64,000 bases of DNA from Mobula birostris (lineage: Eukaryota), in NCBI RefSeq assembly GCF_030028105.1, contig NC_092379.1, positions 87,097,006 through 87,161,005 of the forward strand. Direction: 5' to 3'. This document shows positions 39,286-51,323 of this stretch, one piece after another. Both the position numbers and the translations under genes were made by a program. The notes beneath the pieces are model-generated. The model was not told the DNA's origin and made no database searches. It saw only the letters and a list, made by a program, of their open reading frames with translations. Each line of letters starts with the position of its first letter. Position 1 is the first letter of the stretch.

Positions 39286-39627
39286 TAGCAATAATATCGA
39301 GAACGTGAGATGAAGAGTTATTAAAAGGGAGTCCATAAGTTGTGGAAACAGTTCAATGATGGGGCAAATGAAGCAGAGTGAAGATAACCCCTTTGGTTCA
39401 AGATTTACTATTTATTTATTGTTATTGTTGTTTTGGATTTTTATAGTTGCATGGTTTGTCTTCTTTTGCACATTGGTTGTTTGCTAGTTTTGCTTGTGTA
39501 TAATTTTTCATTGATCTCATTGTATTTCTTTGTTCTACTGTGAATGCCCACAAGAAAATGAATCTGAGGGTAGTAAACGATGGGATTTCCTTACACTGAT
39601 AATAAATTTATGATGACCTTTGAACTC
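38293..39627 (+). mobile_element. Rex1/Babar-like LINE fragment with a nested antisense 3' fragment (~39105-39400)
   Basis: SADDTSVIGRIKG, NSNLSLIVNQTKQLIID, KAAPIIKDP; tail GATAATAAATTT..TTTGAAC; (TAA)n at 39245-39283. Confidence 0.85.
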
Positions 39628-39874
39628 TGAACATGACATATAACTGCAACATCAATCAATCACCCACACTATCCATACCTCCATTTGTGCTGTATAAAGT
39701 CATCCTGATTGAATTCCTAATATTTGTTGTTGATTGAATATGAAGTCAAGATATTCAATAAGACTCTGCTGAGTGAAGTGCTTGAAGACAGACTATGAGC
39801 TGCAGCTGTAGCTGCGACTCATGTAGAATCTTCTCACTTCAGATGAATGATGCTTGACCCACTGAGTCCTCCAG

Positions 39875-40110
39875 CACCACACATCAAAGTTGCTGGTGAA
39901 CACAGCAGGCCAGGCAGCATCTCTAGGAAGAGGTACAGTCGACGTTTCAGGCCAAGACCCTTCATCAGGACTAACTGAAGGAAGAGTGAGTAAGAGATTT
40001 GAAAGTTGGAGGGGGAGGGGGAGATCCAAAATGATAGGAGAAGACAGGAGGGGGAGGGTTGGAGCCAAGAGCTGGACAGGTGATTGGCAAAGGGGATATG
40101 AGAGGACCTG
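39875..40110 (-). mobile_element. Young Penelope 3' UTR/pLTR fragment
   Basis: Near-identical to the arms of 22461-22622 and to 48090-48320. Confidence 0.9.
39937..39972 (-). ncRNA. Minimal type I hammerhead ribozyme motif (Penelope-associated)
   Basis: AGUC-CUGAUGA-AGG(GUCUUGG)CCU-GAAA-CG-UC-GACU: intact core, stem I AGUC/GACU, 3-bp stem II, palindromic ACGU helix III, GUC cleavage triplet. Confidence 0.8.
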
Positions 40111-40159
40111 GACACACTGCTATTTGCTAATTGCCAAAATAGGTCTACTGTGAATGCAA

Positions 40160-40322
40160 TACAGTCGATATTTCAGGCTGAATCCCTTCGGCAGGACTCA
40201 GGGATTTGACCTGAAATGTTGACATTACTCTTTCCCATAAGTGCTGCCTGGCCTGCTGAGTTTCTCCAGCATTTAGTGTGCGTTGCTTGGATTTCCAGCA
40301 TCTGCAGATTTTCTCTTGTTTC
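40160..40322 (+). mobile_element. Penelope fold-back pLTR fragment
   Basis: Partial inverted arms centred on GGCAGGACTCAGGG; same structure as 45870-46086. Confidence 0.8.
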
Positions 40323-40334
40323 TGTTTATTGATT

Positions 40335-41420
40335 GCAGCTCAGTGTTCAACACACTCATACACTCAGTACGACTAACAAGCTCTAACTCCTGGACCTCTG
40401 TACCTCCCTCTGCAACTGGGTTCTTGACTTCCTCATTGGGAGTTCACTGTCAGTGCTGATCTAGAAATAATATCTCCTCCTCACTGACAATAAACCCCAG
40501 TGCACCTCAAGGATGTCTGCTTAGCCATTGTTCTACTATCTCTACATCCATGACTGTATGGCTAGGCACAGCTCAACAGCATCTATACATTTGCCAATGA
40601 CACAACTAGTGCTGGCAGAATTTCAGATGGTGAAGAGGGGGTGTTCAGGAGTGAGATAGGTCAGTTGTTTGAGTGATGTCACAACAACAACCTTGCACTC
40701 AATGTCAGTAAGACCAAGAAATTGATTGTGGGATTCAGGAAGGGTTTGTAAAAGGAACACACTGCAGTCCTCTTCCAGGGATTAGCAGTGGAAAGGATGA
40801 GCAGTTTCAAGTTTGTTGGTGTTAACATCTGTGAAGATCTATCTTGGGACCCACGTATTGAAGCAATTACAAAGACATGACAGTGCCTATATTTCCTTAG
40901 GAGTTTGAGAGGATTTGGTATATCAGCAAATTTCTACAGATGTGGCATGGAGAGTGTTCTGACTACTTGCATTGCTGTTTGGTATAGAGTGATAACTGCA
41001 TAGGATCGGGCAAAGCTGGAAAATATTACAAATTCCATCATGGGCACTAGCCTCCCCAACATCAAGGTCATCTTCAAGAGGCAATGTCCCAAAAGGTGGC
41101 ATCCATTATTAAGGACCCCCATCACCCAGAAAATGCCCTCTTCTCATTACTACCTTCAAGGAATTGGTACAGAAGCATGAAGACATACACCCTGCATTTT
41201 AGGAACAGTTTCTTTCCCTTCACCATCAGACTTTTGAATGGACACTGAACACGTACACTACCTCCACTATTTTGACTCTCTTTTTGCACTAATTATTTCA
41301 TTTAATTTATATATTTCTTATATAATTTATACCTTATTAAGTTATGTATTGCACTGTACTGCTGCTGCAAAGCAACAAACTTCATGACATATATTAGAAA
41401 TATTAAACCTGATTCTGATG
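40335..41420 (+). mobile_element. Rex1/Babar-like LINE RT fragment
   Basis: APQGCLLS, FANDTT, NNLALNVSKTKKLIV, FRNSFFPFTIRLLN; tail TAAACCTGATTCTGAT. Confidence 0.88.
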
Positions 41421-41659
41421 CTGGGTGCCAAAGTAGGTGGTTTCATTCTTTTGTTGAAGAAGGCCATTGCCTTGTAAATCAGTGATACAACTATTCTTTA
41501 CCCTTTCCCCAAAGTCATTTAAGATTTGCTGCATGGAGACATATGCTGCTGCATTCATTACTGCTTTGAAAAAGGAATTAACTATTATATGAGCATCAGT
41601 AAACATCCCCACTTCTGAATGCAAAATGGAATAAAGGTCCTTGATGAACCAACCATAAA

Positions 41660-43283
41660 TGTAGTGGTGCGGCCAACGTCACGGCCTCTCTTTCAGATGA
41701 GCTCAATCGCTTTTACACTCGGTTCGATGTCACTAACTCTGAGCCTCTGAGGAAAGCCACTGCTACAACCCGCAAGCTGGTCATCTCTGAGGCTGAGGAA
41801 CACAGATGTTTCCAACAAGTGGATAGTCGCAAGGCTGTGGGACCAGACAGCATCCCAGTGTGACTACTCAGGATGTGTGCACTACAGTTTTAATCTCTCC
41901 CTCTCCCAGTGTAGAGTGCCCCCTGCTTCAAATTATCCACCATTGTCCATCTATCTAGAAAGACCAAGGTAACATGCCTGAACGACTGGCGTCCTATTGC
42001 ACTCAGCCTCAATAATAAGCAAATGCTTTGAGAGTCTGGTTCAGGATTACATCTGCAGTTTGCCACCACTCAAACTGGACCCTCTACAATTCACCTACCA
42101 ACACAACTGATCGACAGATGATGCAATATCCACTGCTCCTTATCCACTACTGTCCTTAATTATCTGGAAAAGAAGGATGCTTATGTGAGAATGCTATCCT
42201 TGGACTACAGTTCAGCATTCAACACTACAGTTCCATCTAGGCTCGACAGGAAGCTCAGAGACTTTGGCCTTGACCCTGCCTTGTGCAGCTGGATCCTGGA
42301 CTTCCTGTCAGATCTCCAGCAGATATTAAGAGTGGGCTTCCTCACCTCCACCCCTCTGACTCTCAACACAGGTGGCCCTCAGGGCTGTGCGCTAAGTCCC
42401 CTTCTTTACTCTCTGTATACCCATGATTGTGTTGCCACCCACAGCTCCAATCTGCTAATTAAATTTGCTGATGACACTACAATGATTGGCCTAATCTCAA
42501 ATAATAACGAGGCAGCCTACTGAGGGGAAGTCATCACCCTGACACAGTGGTGTCAAGTAAATAACCTCTCCCTCAACGTCGCAAAAGGAATAGAGGAGGA
42601 ATAGAGATAGGCATCAATGGACCTGGGGTTGAGAGGGTGAACAGCTTTAAGTTCCTTGGCATACACATCACTGAGAATCTCGCATGGTTGGTCTGTACAT
42701 ACTGGCTGTGTGGTGAAAAAGGCACAACAGCGCCTCTTTCACCTCAGATGGTTGAAGAAGTTTGGTATGGCCCCCCAAATTCTAAGAACTTTCTATAGGG
42801 GCATGATTGAGAGCATCCTGACTGGCTGCATAACAGCCTGGTATGGGAACTGTACCTCCCTCAATCATAGGTCTCTGCAGAGAGTGGTGCAGACAGCCCA
42901 GCGCATCTGTAGATGTGAACTTCCCTCTATTCAGGACATTTACAAATACAGGTGTGTAAAAAGGGCCCAAAGGATCAATGGGGACCCGGGTCACCCCAAC
43001 CATAAACTGTTCCAGCTGCTACCATCTGGGAAGCGGTGCCGCAGCATTAAAGCCAGGACCAACAGGCTCCAGGACAGCTTCTTCCACCAGGCCATCAGAC
43101 TGATTAATTCATGCTGATGCAATTGTATTTCTATGTTGTATTGATTATCTGGTTGTACACAATATTTGTTATAAATTACTATAATTGCACATTGCACATT
43201 TGAACGGAGACGTAACGTTAAGATTTTTACTCCTCATGTATTTGAAGGATTAAGTAATAAAGTCAATTCAATTCAATTCAATT
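41660..43283 (+). mobile_element. Rex1/Babar-like LINE RT, 5'-truncated
   Basis: KAVGPDSIP, LNDWRPIAL, MLSLDYSSAFNT, PQGCALSPLLYSLYTHD, KFADDTT, SFFHQAIRLIN; (AATTC)n tail. Confidence 0.95.
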
Positions 43284-43930
43284 TGGATGGCCACAGGGAT
43301 ACTCTGCACTGGCTCCTTAAATCCTTTCTCCATCCAGACTGTCACCCAGTTGGCTGCGTCCTGCAGCTTGGGTGTAACTACCTCTCTGTATTTCCTATCT
43401 AGCACGCCTTCAGCCTCCTGAATGATCCAGAGTTCAGAGTTCATCCAGTTCCTGCTCCAACTCTTCACTCGGTTCATTAGAAGCTGCAGCTGGGTGCACT
43501 TCTCACAGCTGTAGTCGTCAGGGATACTGGAGGTCTCCGTGCCTTCCCACATCCTGCAAGAGGAGCATTCCACTGCCCTGCCTGTCATCTCAACTGTCCC
43601 AGCTGAGCAGATATAAAGAAAAGAAGAACTTGAGCCTTTCTTTCCTTTGCTTTCTCTATGCTGAAGCCTCGAATAGCTAAAGCCTTAAGATCACAACTCT
43701 GACTATGTTCACTCAGACGACAGCCACTGCAATGATGGCATTCCTCTAATTTGCTCTTACAAATTCATCCCAAATGCCAATTGACCACTGGTCAAAGCTC
43801 TATTACGCTGTTGCGAACCGCTCCTGCCTTTTATACTCAGGTGGTGGACCTAATTGAAGTCCCCTCCTCTCCAAACTTAACGATGTCCAGATTGCCCGCT
43901 GGTCAAAACCCTATGAGTGCAGACCTTTGT
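43284..43930 (-). mobile_element. CR1 5' end: 5' UTR and ORF1 N-terminus
   Basis: MTGRAVECSSCRMW...YSCEKCTQLQLL: CxxC..CxxC zinc finger plus coiled coil typical of CR1 ORF1. Confidence 0.85.
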
Positions 43931-44286
43931 GACTAATGCTGGGATGTTGTCTAGTTCCACAGACCTTACTTACTCCAGCACCTCAACAAGTTTTTTTGTC
44001 ATCCTTGTGGGCATTGAATTGACTGGTTTCTGTGATGATAGAAAACTTGGGAGAGAACTGAGAGAGCTTGTCCATTGGATATTCCTGGCTAATAGGAAAT
44101 GTTTAAGCCTTGTCTTTCACAGTTACTTGCCGGATCTTTGCTATTATTGGAGTCAAAGAACCATTTCCTACTATGAGCTGTTGAATTGTCCACCACCATT
44201 CATGACCACATGTAATAGATTTGCAAGGCTTTGATTGGATCCATTGGCTGTGTCATGACTTGCTTCTATGAATTGCACATCCTTAC

Positions 44287-44351
44287 TTCTGTTTAACATG
44301 TATGCCGTCTTTGTTACAACTTCTTCAAATTTGCCAATGTCACGCAGATCC
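44287..44351 (-). pseudogene. Candidate exon, 65 nt, open
   Basis: Acceptor GCATTTTTTAG, donor GAA|GTAAGG; DLRDIGKFEEVVTKTAYMLNR. Confidence 0.5.
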
Positions 44352-44524
44352 CTAAAAAATGCATAACTTGAAACAAAATGATTTATACCAGTGTTTTTTG
44401 CTCTACCACATCATGTTAATAGACACCTCAAGATACCACCTTAATAAGAGCTATATTTCTCCATTAACAAATCTAATTTGTCTTTAACACCTATTCTTGT
44501 GGTAACTTTAAAAATGTGACTTAC

Positions 44525-44663
44525 CTTGTTTAATGATTATGAATAATTTAATCATGTAACTAATTATTATTGCAGGAAGTGAAGGCAGGCAGTTTTTGGG
44601 CAGAATTATAATTTGGAATTGTACACTATCTCCAATTTTTTTAACATGGCCCAGAGTATATCA
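44525..44663 (-). pseudogene. Candidate decayed exon, 139 nt
   Basis: Acceptor TTTTTTTTTCATTTTAATCCAG, consensus donor AAG|GTAAGT; stops in all frames. Confidence 0.45.
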
Positions 44664-44799
44664 CTGGATTAAAATGAAAAAAAAACTTTGTCATTCAGCC
44701 ATATAAAATCATGCTAGTGAAGTTATCCAAGAGCTCTATCAGAATTTTAAAAAGATTTTAAAAGGAATGTGTCAATATTCAGGGAGGAAATTCTAGACT

Positions 44800-45240
44800 G
44801 AACTTCCTTCTGTTTCCTCCCCTACCTTTTTGTTTTCCCTCTGGTCTCATTACTCCTTTGCTTTCGCTTTCCCTGACATTACCTCTGTACACCTTCTTCG
44901 CACTGGTTTCCCACCTCCTTCCTCGGATTCCTCTTCTAACAGATTTCATCTTCTTCAGTCCTTTGCATCATCCATCTATTACCCCTAGCTTCGCATATCA
45001 TTTCTACTTCACCCCTCCCCCACTCACCTGGATTTACGTATCACCCACCAGATGATACTCCTCGCCTTCCCTCAACCCTTGTATTCTATCTTATTGCCTC
45101 TTTCTTTCCAGTCTTGATGAAGGGTCTGGGCCCAAAACGAAAACTATTTTGCTCCGTAGATACTGCCTGACCTGCTGAGTTCCTCCATCACTTGTGTGTG
45201 TTGTTCCAGATCTCCAATATCTGCAGGCTCTTGTGTCTAT
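44800..45240 (+). mobile_element. Old Penelope 3' UTR + pLTR
   Basis: Pyrimidine-rich UTR, then CAGTCTTGATGAAGGGTCTGGGCCCAAAACG (degenerate hammerhead) and the pLTR end. Confidence 0.75.
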
Positions 45241-45399
45241 AGAGAGAATAAAATTTGGGTAAAACAGAAGGTTCTACCTAGACATCTTAATAGAACTGGA
45301 GAGATAGGGAGGGACAAGTTCATGATGGATTTTAAAACCTTAAAATTCTGTTCACCAACCAAAGTTAGAGAGCAGAGATTGAGGTGAACTTGCAGCATT

Positions 45400-45870
45400 G
45401 TAAAAGATAGCCCGCTCTGTTAGTCGGGATTGACCATGGCTGTGTAATACGCAAGCAGTGCACAAGCCGGGGCAGTACAATATGGAGAGCAAACTGTTGC
45501 TCGTGTAACAGGCTCTCCCTTTCCATGCGGCTGATAAGTCTAAAGGAACGGCAGAGACCAACACAGTTTGGCACCAGCAGCATTGCAGAGGCTGCCAGTT
45601 AACATTTAACTCAACGCAAGATTGTCTTAGGGACTACAGCTCCAGATTTTTCTTCAGGGTTTACTGCTGAGTGGTTATAGCCGCAAGGCAGTACAACATT
45701 GAGGTCAATTTTCTTTCTCCTAGATGAGCTGATGAGCCATAGCTGCCTAAAGTGTCTGGTTTTGAGATGTAGTAACCCAATTTTACCCCCGCCCCCCATC
45801 AATAGAAACAGTTCCACCGGACTTGGTAGCTAAGCCACAGGTGAAGGCCAGGAGCTGGACTTGGTTGTCA
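45400..45870 (+). mobile_element. Short interspersed repeat (family of 28095-28410)
   Basis: Shared internal motifs with 28095-28410; strand tentative. Confidence 0.6.
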
Positions 45871-47325
45871 GAGCAACACTCAGAAAACTGCTGGAGGAAC
45901 TCGGTACACCAGGCAGCGTCAATGGAAAAAAGTACAGTCAACATTTCAGGACGAAACCCTTTGGCAGGACTCAGGGTTTCAGCCTGAAACATCGACTGTA
46001 TTTTTTTTCCATAGATACTGCCTGGCCTGCTGAGCATTTTGTATGTGTTGCTCAGATTTCCAGTATCTGCAGATTTTGTCTTGTTTATGATTTGATTAAT
46101 ACTCTGCAAAGTCTCTTCCAGGGGCACCTTCCCTAAAGAAGTTTAAATCTTCTCTTCGACAGGAGTTTGGTGAAACTCTCTCTCACTGCTTCCCTCACTG
46201 TGATCCCTGCTGCTCTCTGACTCTTCGACCACGTGCATACCCTGACCCACTACTAGAACCATGTATCCTTTCAAGGGAAAATGTCTTCACTGCCAATTTA
46301 AACTACATGGTTTCCAGAATCGTTTTCAAGCTTCTTGATTTGGACCCTCTGAGAACCCAGGAACTATTCCATTGACTGCTTCTCCTGCTGCTTCCCTCAC
46401 TGAGTTCTACGTGCCACACTTTCACCATGAGGTGGTACCTGGTATCCCTATGCCAGTCACTTCTACAAGTCCATGATTCTCTCCCCATCGCCCGTAATGG
46501 ACCTGTATGTTTCTTAATCCTCTACCAGATCCATGCTTTCATTCGCCGGTTCCTTGACTTTCTCACGTCCTGCAAGGATTGGAAGATTGCCTGTCTACAG
46601 ACCACAGAACTTGCTGACTCCAACACTGGCAGGTCTGGATGTCTCCAGATCACGATCCCTGCTGCTGACCTCAATGGTTCTAACAATCCAGAGCAGACTG
46701 AAAACCCGGACTCAATCCCCTCTCTCTCAGGTTCCAATGTCAGCTCTTGGGCCCTCAGAGATTCCACTTTCCTCTCACCCCACCATCCCTGAACAGCCCA
46801 AACCTCCCCCCCCCAGACACTATCAACCCTCTTCCCACCCCCACTCTCGATCCCAGCCTTCATCCATGCCAGTTTTTTACTATTCCCTCTGACTTCCTCC
46901 TCTCTGAGGCAAAACATTCCATCCTAAAGGCCTCACCTTTGTCCCCCTGCGCCCACACCTCTGTGAGATCCACACGCTGAAGTCTTCTTCCACCACCTCT
47001 GTCTCCGAGCATTCGAGCCTATTTCTTTGGCAAGGAGTCCCTACCCTGCACCAATGACCACTTCTCTCTCCTGTCTTCAACCCCCCTCCTCTTCCTGGAC
47101 ACCCCAACCTAATCTTCTGCATGCTCTGGATCTTTTCATTGCTAACTGCCGAATGGACATTAACATGCCTCTCTCCTATTCCAAACTTACTTGAGTCCTG
47201 TCGAAGGGTTTCAGCCTGAAACATTGACTGTACTTTTTCCTTAGATGCTGTCTGGCCTGCTGAGTTCTCCAAATTTTGTGTGTGTTGCTCGGATTTCCAG
47301 CATCTGCAGATTTTCTCTTGTTTGT
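45870..47325 (+). mobile_element. Internally deleted Penelope-like element: inverted+direct 5' pLTR, ORF N-terminus, 3' pLTR
   Basis: Fold-back pLTR 45870-46086; N-terminal KGLTFVPLRPHL..FFHHLCLRA motif at ~46925-47030; direct pLTR 47190-47325. Confidence 0.8.
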
Positions 47326-47393
47326 GTTATGGTTGTCCGAGGCTATTTGAGATGTATGTCATTGGGAATATTTCTTAGATAGTGGGAGCTTAC

Positions 47394-47422
47394 CACCGCC
47401 AATTAGGACAACCTTAGGGAAC
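47394..47422 (-). pseudogene. Candidate 29-nt micro-exon
   Basis: Acceptor TTTAATTTTTCCAG, donor GTG|GTAAGC; FPKVVLIGG. Confidence 0.35.
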
Positions 47423-48089
47423 CTGGAAAAATTAAAGCCTTTAGTAAATTCTGTTCTTATAATAAAGTAGATTTTTGAGGAAGAAAAGTACCCTGAGTGT
47501 TTTAAAAACTTTTCAAAAGATTGTTTCATTTCATTTAGTTTTAAACAATTTGTGCTTTGCCTGCAATAAAGTGACTGTTTAATAGGAAATGTTTTTTAAT
47601 ATATACCACAATGTACAGTACTGTATCAGTATCAGTATTAAATGCAATAATTTTAAGGAGCAACCTGACAGGGCAAATCATTGAAACTGCTGTGCTGCAA
47701 AATACAGGGCTAAGAAGGAAGTGAAATCCAGGCAAAAATATGAGTTTTTCTTGGACCTGCTGATAGATAAGCCCAAGCAGAGGCATTGGTATAGTTATTG
47801 ACATTGGCATAGCCTTCTCCTGTCAGAATGGTGGAACAAAACATATCTCTAGCTCCAATTGAACCCAATGTTTGCACAGTGCAATATGTGTGTGTGTGTC
47901 TGGTATTTTCTCGTTTGGTTCTAATTGATCATTGTAATTTTTAAGTTTATTTTTAATGTTGTTACAAAAGTTTTATATGCTTGCAAAACCCTTTTGGTTA
48001 TCAAAACCATTCCATTAGAGCAGTTGATAATTTCCCTGGGAGAAGTCCTGTGCTGGAAGAGACAATCTAATAACAACCAAATCTAAAAC

Positions 48090-48940
48090 TGTTGAAGCAA
48101 CACACACAAAATGCTGGTGGAACACAACAGGCCAGGCGGCATCTATAGGAAGAAGTTCAGTTGACGTTTCGGGCCGAGGCCCTTCATCGAGACTAACTGA
48201 AAGAGGAGATAATAAGAGATTTGAAAGTTGGAGGGAGAGGGGGAGATCTGAAATGATAGGAGCAGACAGGAGGGGGAGGGATGAAGCTAAGAGCTGGTAA
48301 GTTGTTTGGCAAAAGGGATACAAGGCTGGAGAAGGGAGAGGAAAATGAGATGGGAGGCCTAGGGAGAAAGAAAGGGGGAGGGGAGCACTAGAGAAAGATG
48401 GAGAGCAGGCAATGAGTTATTGTGAGAGGGACAGAGAGAGAAAAAAGAGACAGAAAAAAAAGGAATGAATAAATAAATAAATAAGGGACGGCGTATGAAG
48501 GGGAAGAGGGGCATTAACGGAAGTTAGAGAAATCAATGCTCATGCCATCAGGTTGGAGGCTACCCAGACGGGATATAAAGTGTTGCTCCTCCAACCTGAG
48601 TGCGGCTTCATCTTGACAGCAGAGGAGGCCATGGATTGACATATCAGAATGGGAATGGGACGTAGAATTAAAATGTGTGGCCACTGGGAGATCCTGCTTT
48701 CTCTGGTGGACAGAACGTAGGTGCTCAGCAAAATGGTCTCCCAGTCTGTGTTGGGTCTCACCAATATATAGAAAGCCGCACCGGGAGCACCAGACACAGT
48801 ATATCACACCGGCTGACCCACAAGAGAAGTGTCGCCTCACCTGGAAGGACTGTCTGGGGCCCTGAATGGTGGTGAGGGGGGAAGTGTAAGGGCATGTGTA
48901 GCACTTGTTCCGCTGACAAGGATAAGTGCTGGGAGGGAGA
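48090..48940 (-). mobile_element. Penelope-like element 3' end with GIY-YIG endonuclease
   Basis: ORF 48514-48840: GVIYCVWCSRCGFLYIGETQHRLGDHFAEH..PVATHFN..EEQHFISRLGSLQPDGMS; followed by 3' UTR and pLTR with a mutated hammerhead at 48159-48194. Confidence 0.95.
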
Positions 48941-49611
48941 ACTGTTGAATGTCATTTTATAAAAAAAAAACATATTGCAGAAAACAGGGAAAGGAAAATC
49001 CATAACATAGGGAAAATTGAAATAAATCTGCAGATTTTGAAGATCTGAAATAAAATCTAGAAACATTGTAAGCTTCAGTATCCCATACAGCATCTGTGAA
49101 AAAGTAAAAAAAATCATTCAGATCAAAGACTCTTTGTTAAAACTTGGGACTGAGAAAACAATACATAATTTATGAATTGAAAAGAGGGATATGGACCATA
49201 CACAGGCAAATGGGACTAGGTTAAATGGGAATCCTGAGCCAGAAGACTTGTTTCCCTGCTTTATGTCTCCTTACTCTATTACTTATAAGCAAGGTTGTAC
49301 CAAATTCTGGAATTGTCCCTCAGTTACTGGAACCCCTGATCATCAGAACCACAAAGTCCATTTGTCATTCCTTCAGAAACTCACACTTTGTCTTATCAAA
49401 ACATTTTTGTTCTGTTATTGTCAAATTTATGATGCGGGACTTCTTAACTCAATGGAATTACAATAAACAGAAGGCAGAAGATTGGTTGCATGCGGTCACC
49501 TCATATACTTTATGGTATGAAATCTATTCCAATTGTAAATCCCTTATTTATTGAAGTTGGAACTATAAATATGGCACAAGATATCAGACAGATAACGAAG
49601 ACAGAGTGAAA

Positions 49612-50480
49612 TTAAGTTCAATGGTTCAATGGCTCAATGGCTCCATGGCTCCATTTAATATGGAGCCTATGTATACAGTAAAACCCGAAATTTTTACTCT
49701 TCCATGAAAACAGAAGAGAATCCGCAAAGAACGAATGACAAAAAAAATATTAGAACTCCAAAGCCTCCTCTCCCCCTCCCATGCACAAGCAGCAGCAGTA
49801 GAATTTCAACCCTCCCCTACTTATGTCAGCAGGAAGCATCAGCACCAACCACCACCAAGCAAGCAATAGCAAAGCCCCCAAAGAGGGAGCATGATATGCA
49901 GTCCAACAAAAACTGTTGTTCATCTGACAATTGAATGTGCCACAGGCTCTCTCTCTCACTAACAAGGGACAGAGAGGTGTCACCACACCGAGAAGGGGAG
50001 ACTAACAAAAACAGTTGCTGTTACGATGTTACAGTCTGCTAGATCACTTTTATTCTGAGTTTTTCTGACTTGAGGATCGGCAATAAACTCTCTCCCACCA
50101 ATGCGAGAGAGGGTGTGATTGTCCGAGCACAGAGGACTCTGACAGCTGACCCGCTGTTCACAATGTTCTGTTTCTCCTGTGAGCCTGTGAGGCCTACCGA
50201 CATGGAACTGGCCCATCCACAGGGCTGCAAGACCTCGCCCTGAAGGCATGTGTCTTCCAGACCACCTCCTTGGGATATCATAAAATTGCAGATTGAAGAG
50301 CTCCAGGAGTGGGAACCACTGCCGTAAAGAACTGCAGTTTGACTGTAGCTGTAGATCACAGACTCCAACAGAGCCCCATCCACCTTGAAAAGGGCAAAAA
50401 AAAGAGACATTAAAGTGAAGAAATTAAAGCTATTTTGCAGATGAGCTCGAAGAAGCCTCCCTCTGGTGATTTCTTAGCTT
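49612..50480 (-). mobile_element. Non-autonomous LINE-derived element (UTR-like)
   Basis: 8-bp tandem tail (TTCAATGG/CTCAATGG/CTCCATGG) at 49617-49652; no coding motifs; similar architecture at 58150-58785. Confidence 0.5.
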
Positions 50481-50519
50481 CAAAAGTGTTCAGACTGGAT
50501 TCCTATATGTTGAAACGTA

Positions 50520-50880
50520 ATTACAGCTGATAAAAACTAGTAGTCTTTTACTGTAAAGAAAGGCCTTTCAATTTAGTGTGAGGTGAAGTCAGGGAGGAAT
50601 GGATGACGTCATCAGTCCCCATAGTCATCCAGTCTTCTGTAGATTGATGTCCATGTGGTTTCCTCATAACAGATTGATTGAGTAGAAAGTTTTTGTAGTG
50701 TTAGTTGCTATATCACGGCTACTATAGTATTCTCAAGAAATTTACATCACCAAGGAATGCTTGCATCACCAAGCAAGGGATGTTGGCCTCTTGTAACTCT
50801 TCAAATCTTTGGTTTAGTCTCGTACACAATCAACAAGGGTTCATTCCCAGCCTATTGTAAACATGGATATCTAGAGGAAG
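50520..50880 (-). pseudogene. Candidate decayed exon block
   Basis: TRLNQRFEELQEANIPCLV.. and NFLLNQSVMRKPHGHQSTEDWMTMGTDDVIHSSLTSPHTKLKGLSLQ*. Confidence 0.35.
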
Positions 50881-51323
50881 CCCTAATCCCACATAAATAA
50901 ACTAATAAAATGAAACTGGAAAAAAAATAGGTTCCTTGAAGCTACATTCTGCTCCAAGTTGCAAAGAAGTCTTTTGGCAAATTTGCTCATTGGCGACCAG
51001 AAGTAACAAAAACAGAAAATTTGGAAACATTCAGCAGGTCAGGCAGTATATGTGGAGGGAGGACTAATTCATATCTTGGTTTTGGGAGTTACAAATTTTC
51101 TTTTGTTTCACATTTCTAGCATCTGTCAGTTGTTTGCTTTTCTTTTATTGATAAAAGATCTGTGGAAACAAAGTCCCTTGACTGTCCAGTAAGCTATTCA
51201 AAACTCTTGTAGAATAAGACTTGAACCCGTACTGCTATAAGCAAAATACTGCAGATGGTGTAAGTGTGAAATTAAAGCAATTTATACTGGAAACCTCTCC
51301 TTTACTTAATCTAAACAAGTTAC

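Larger units (their letters stand above)
41420..44285 (-). mobile_element. Old LINE (family of 14328-15213) in two pieces, 41420-41660 and 43930-44285
   Basis: HSEVGMFTD..MQQILND on -; upstream piece has GPDNIPALV-like region; younger elements lie between the pieces. Confidence 0.5.

Noticed and set aside
48514-48840. Stand-alone GIY-YIG nuclease gene or homing endonuclease
   Set aside because: It is the C-terminal domain of a 5'-truncated Penelope element, followed by its UTR and pLTR.
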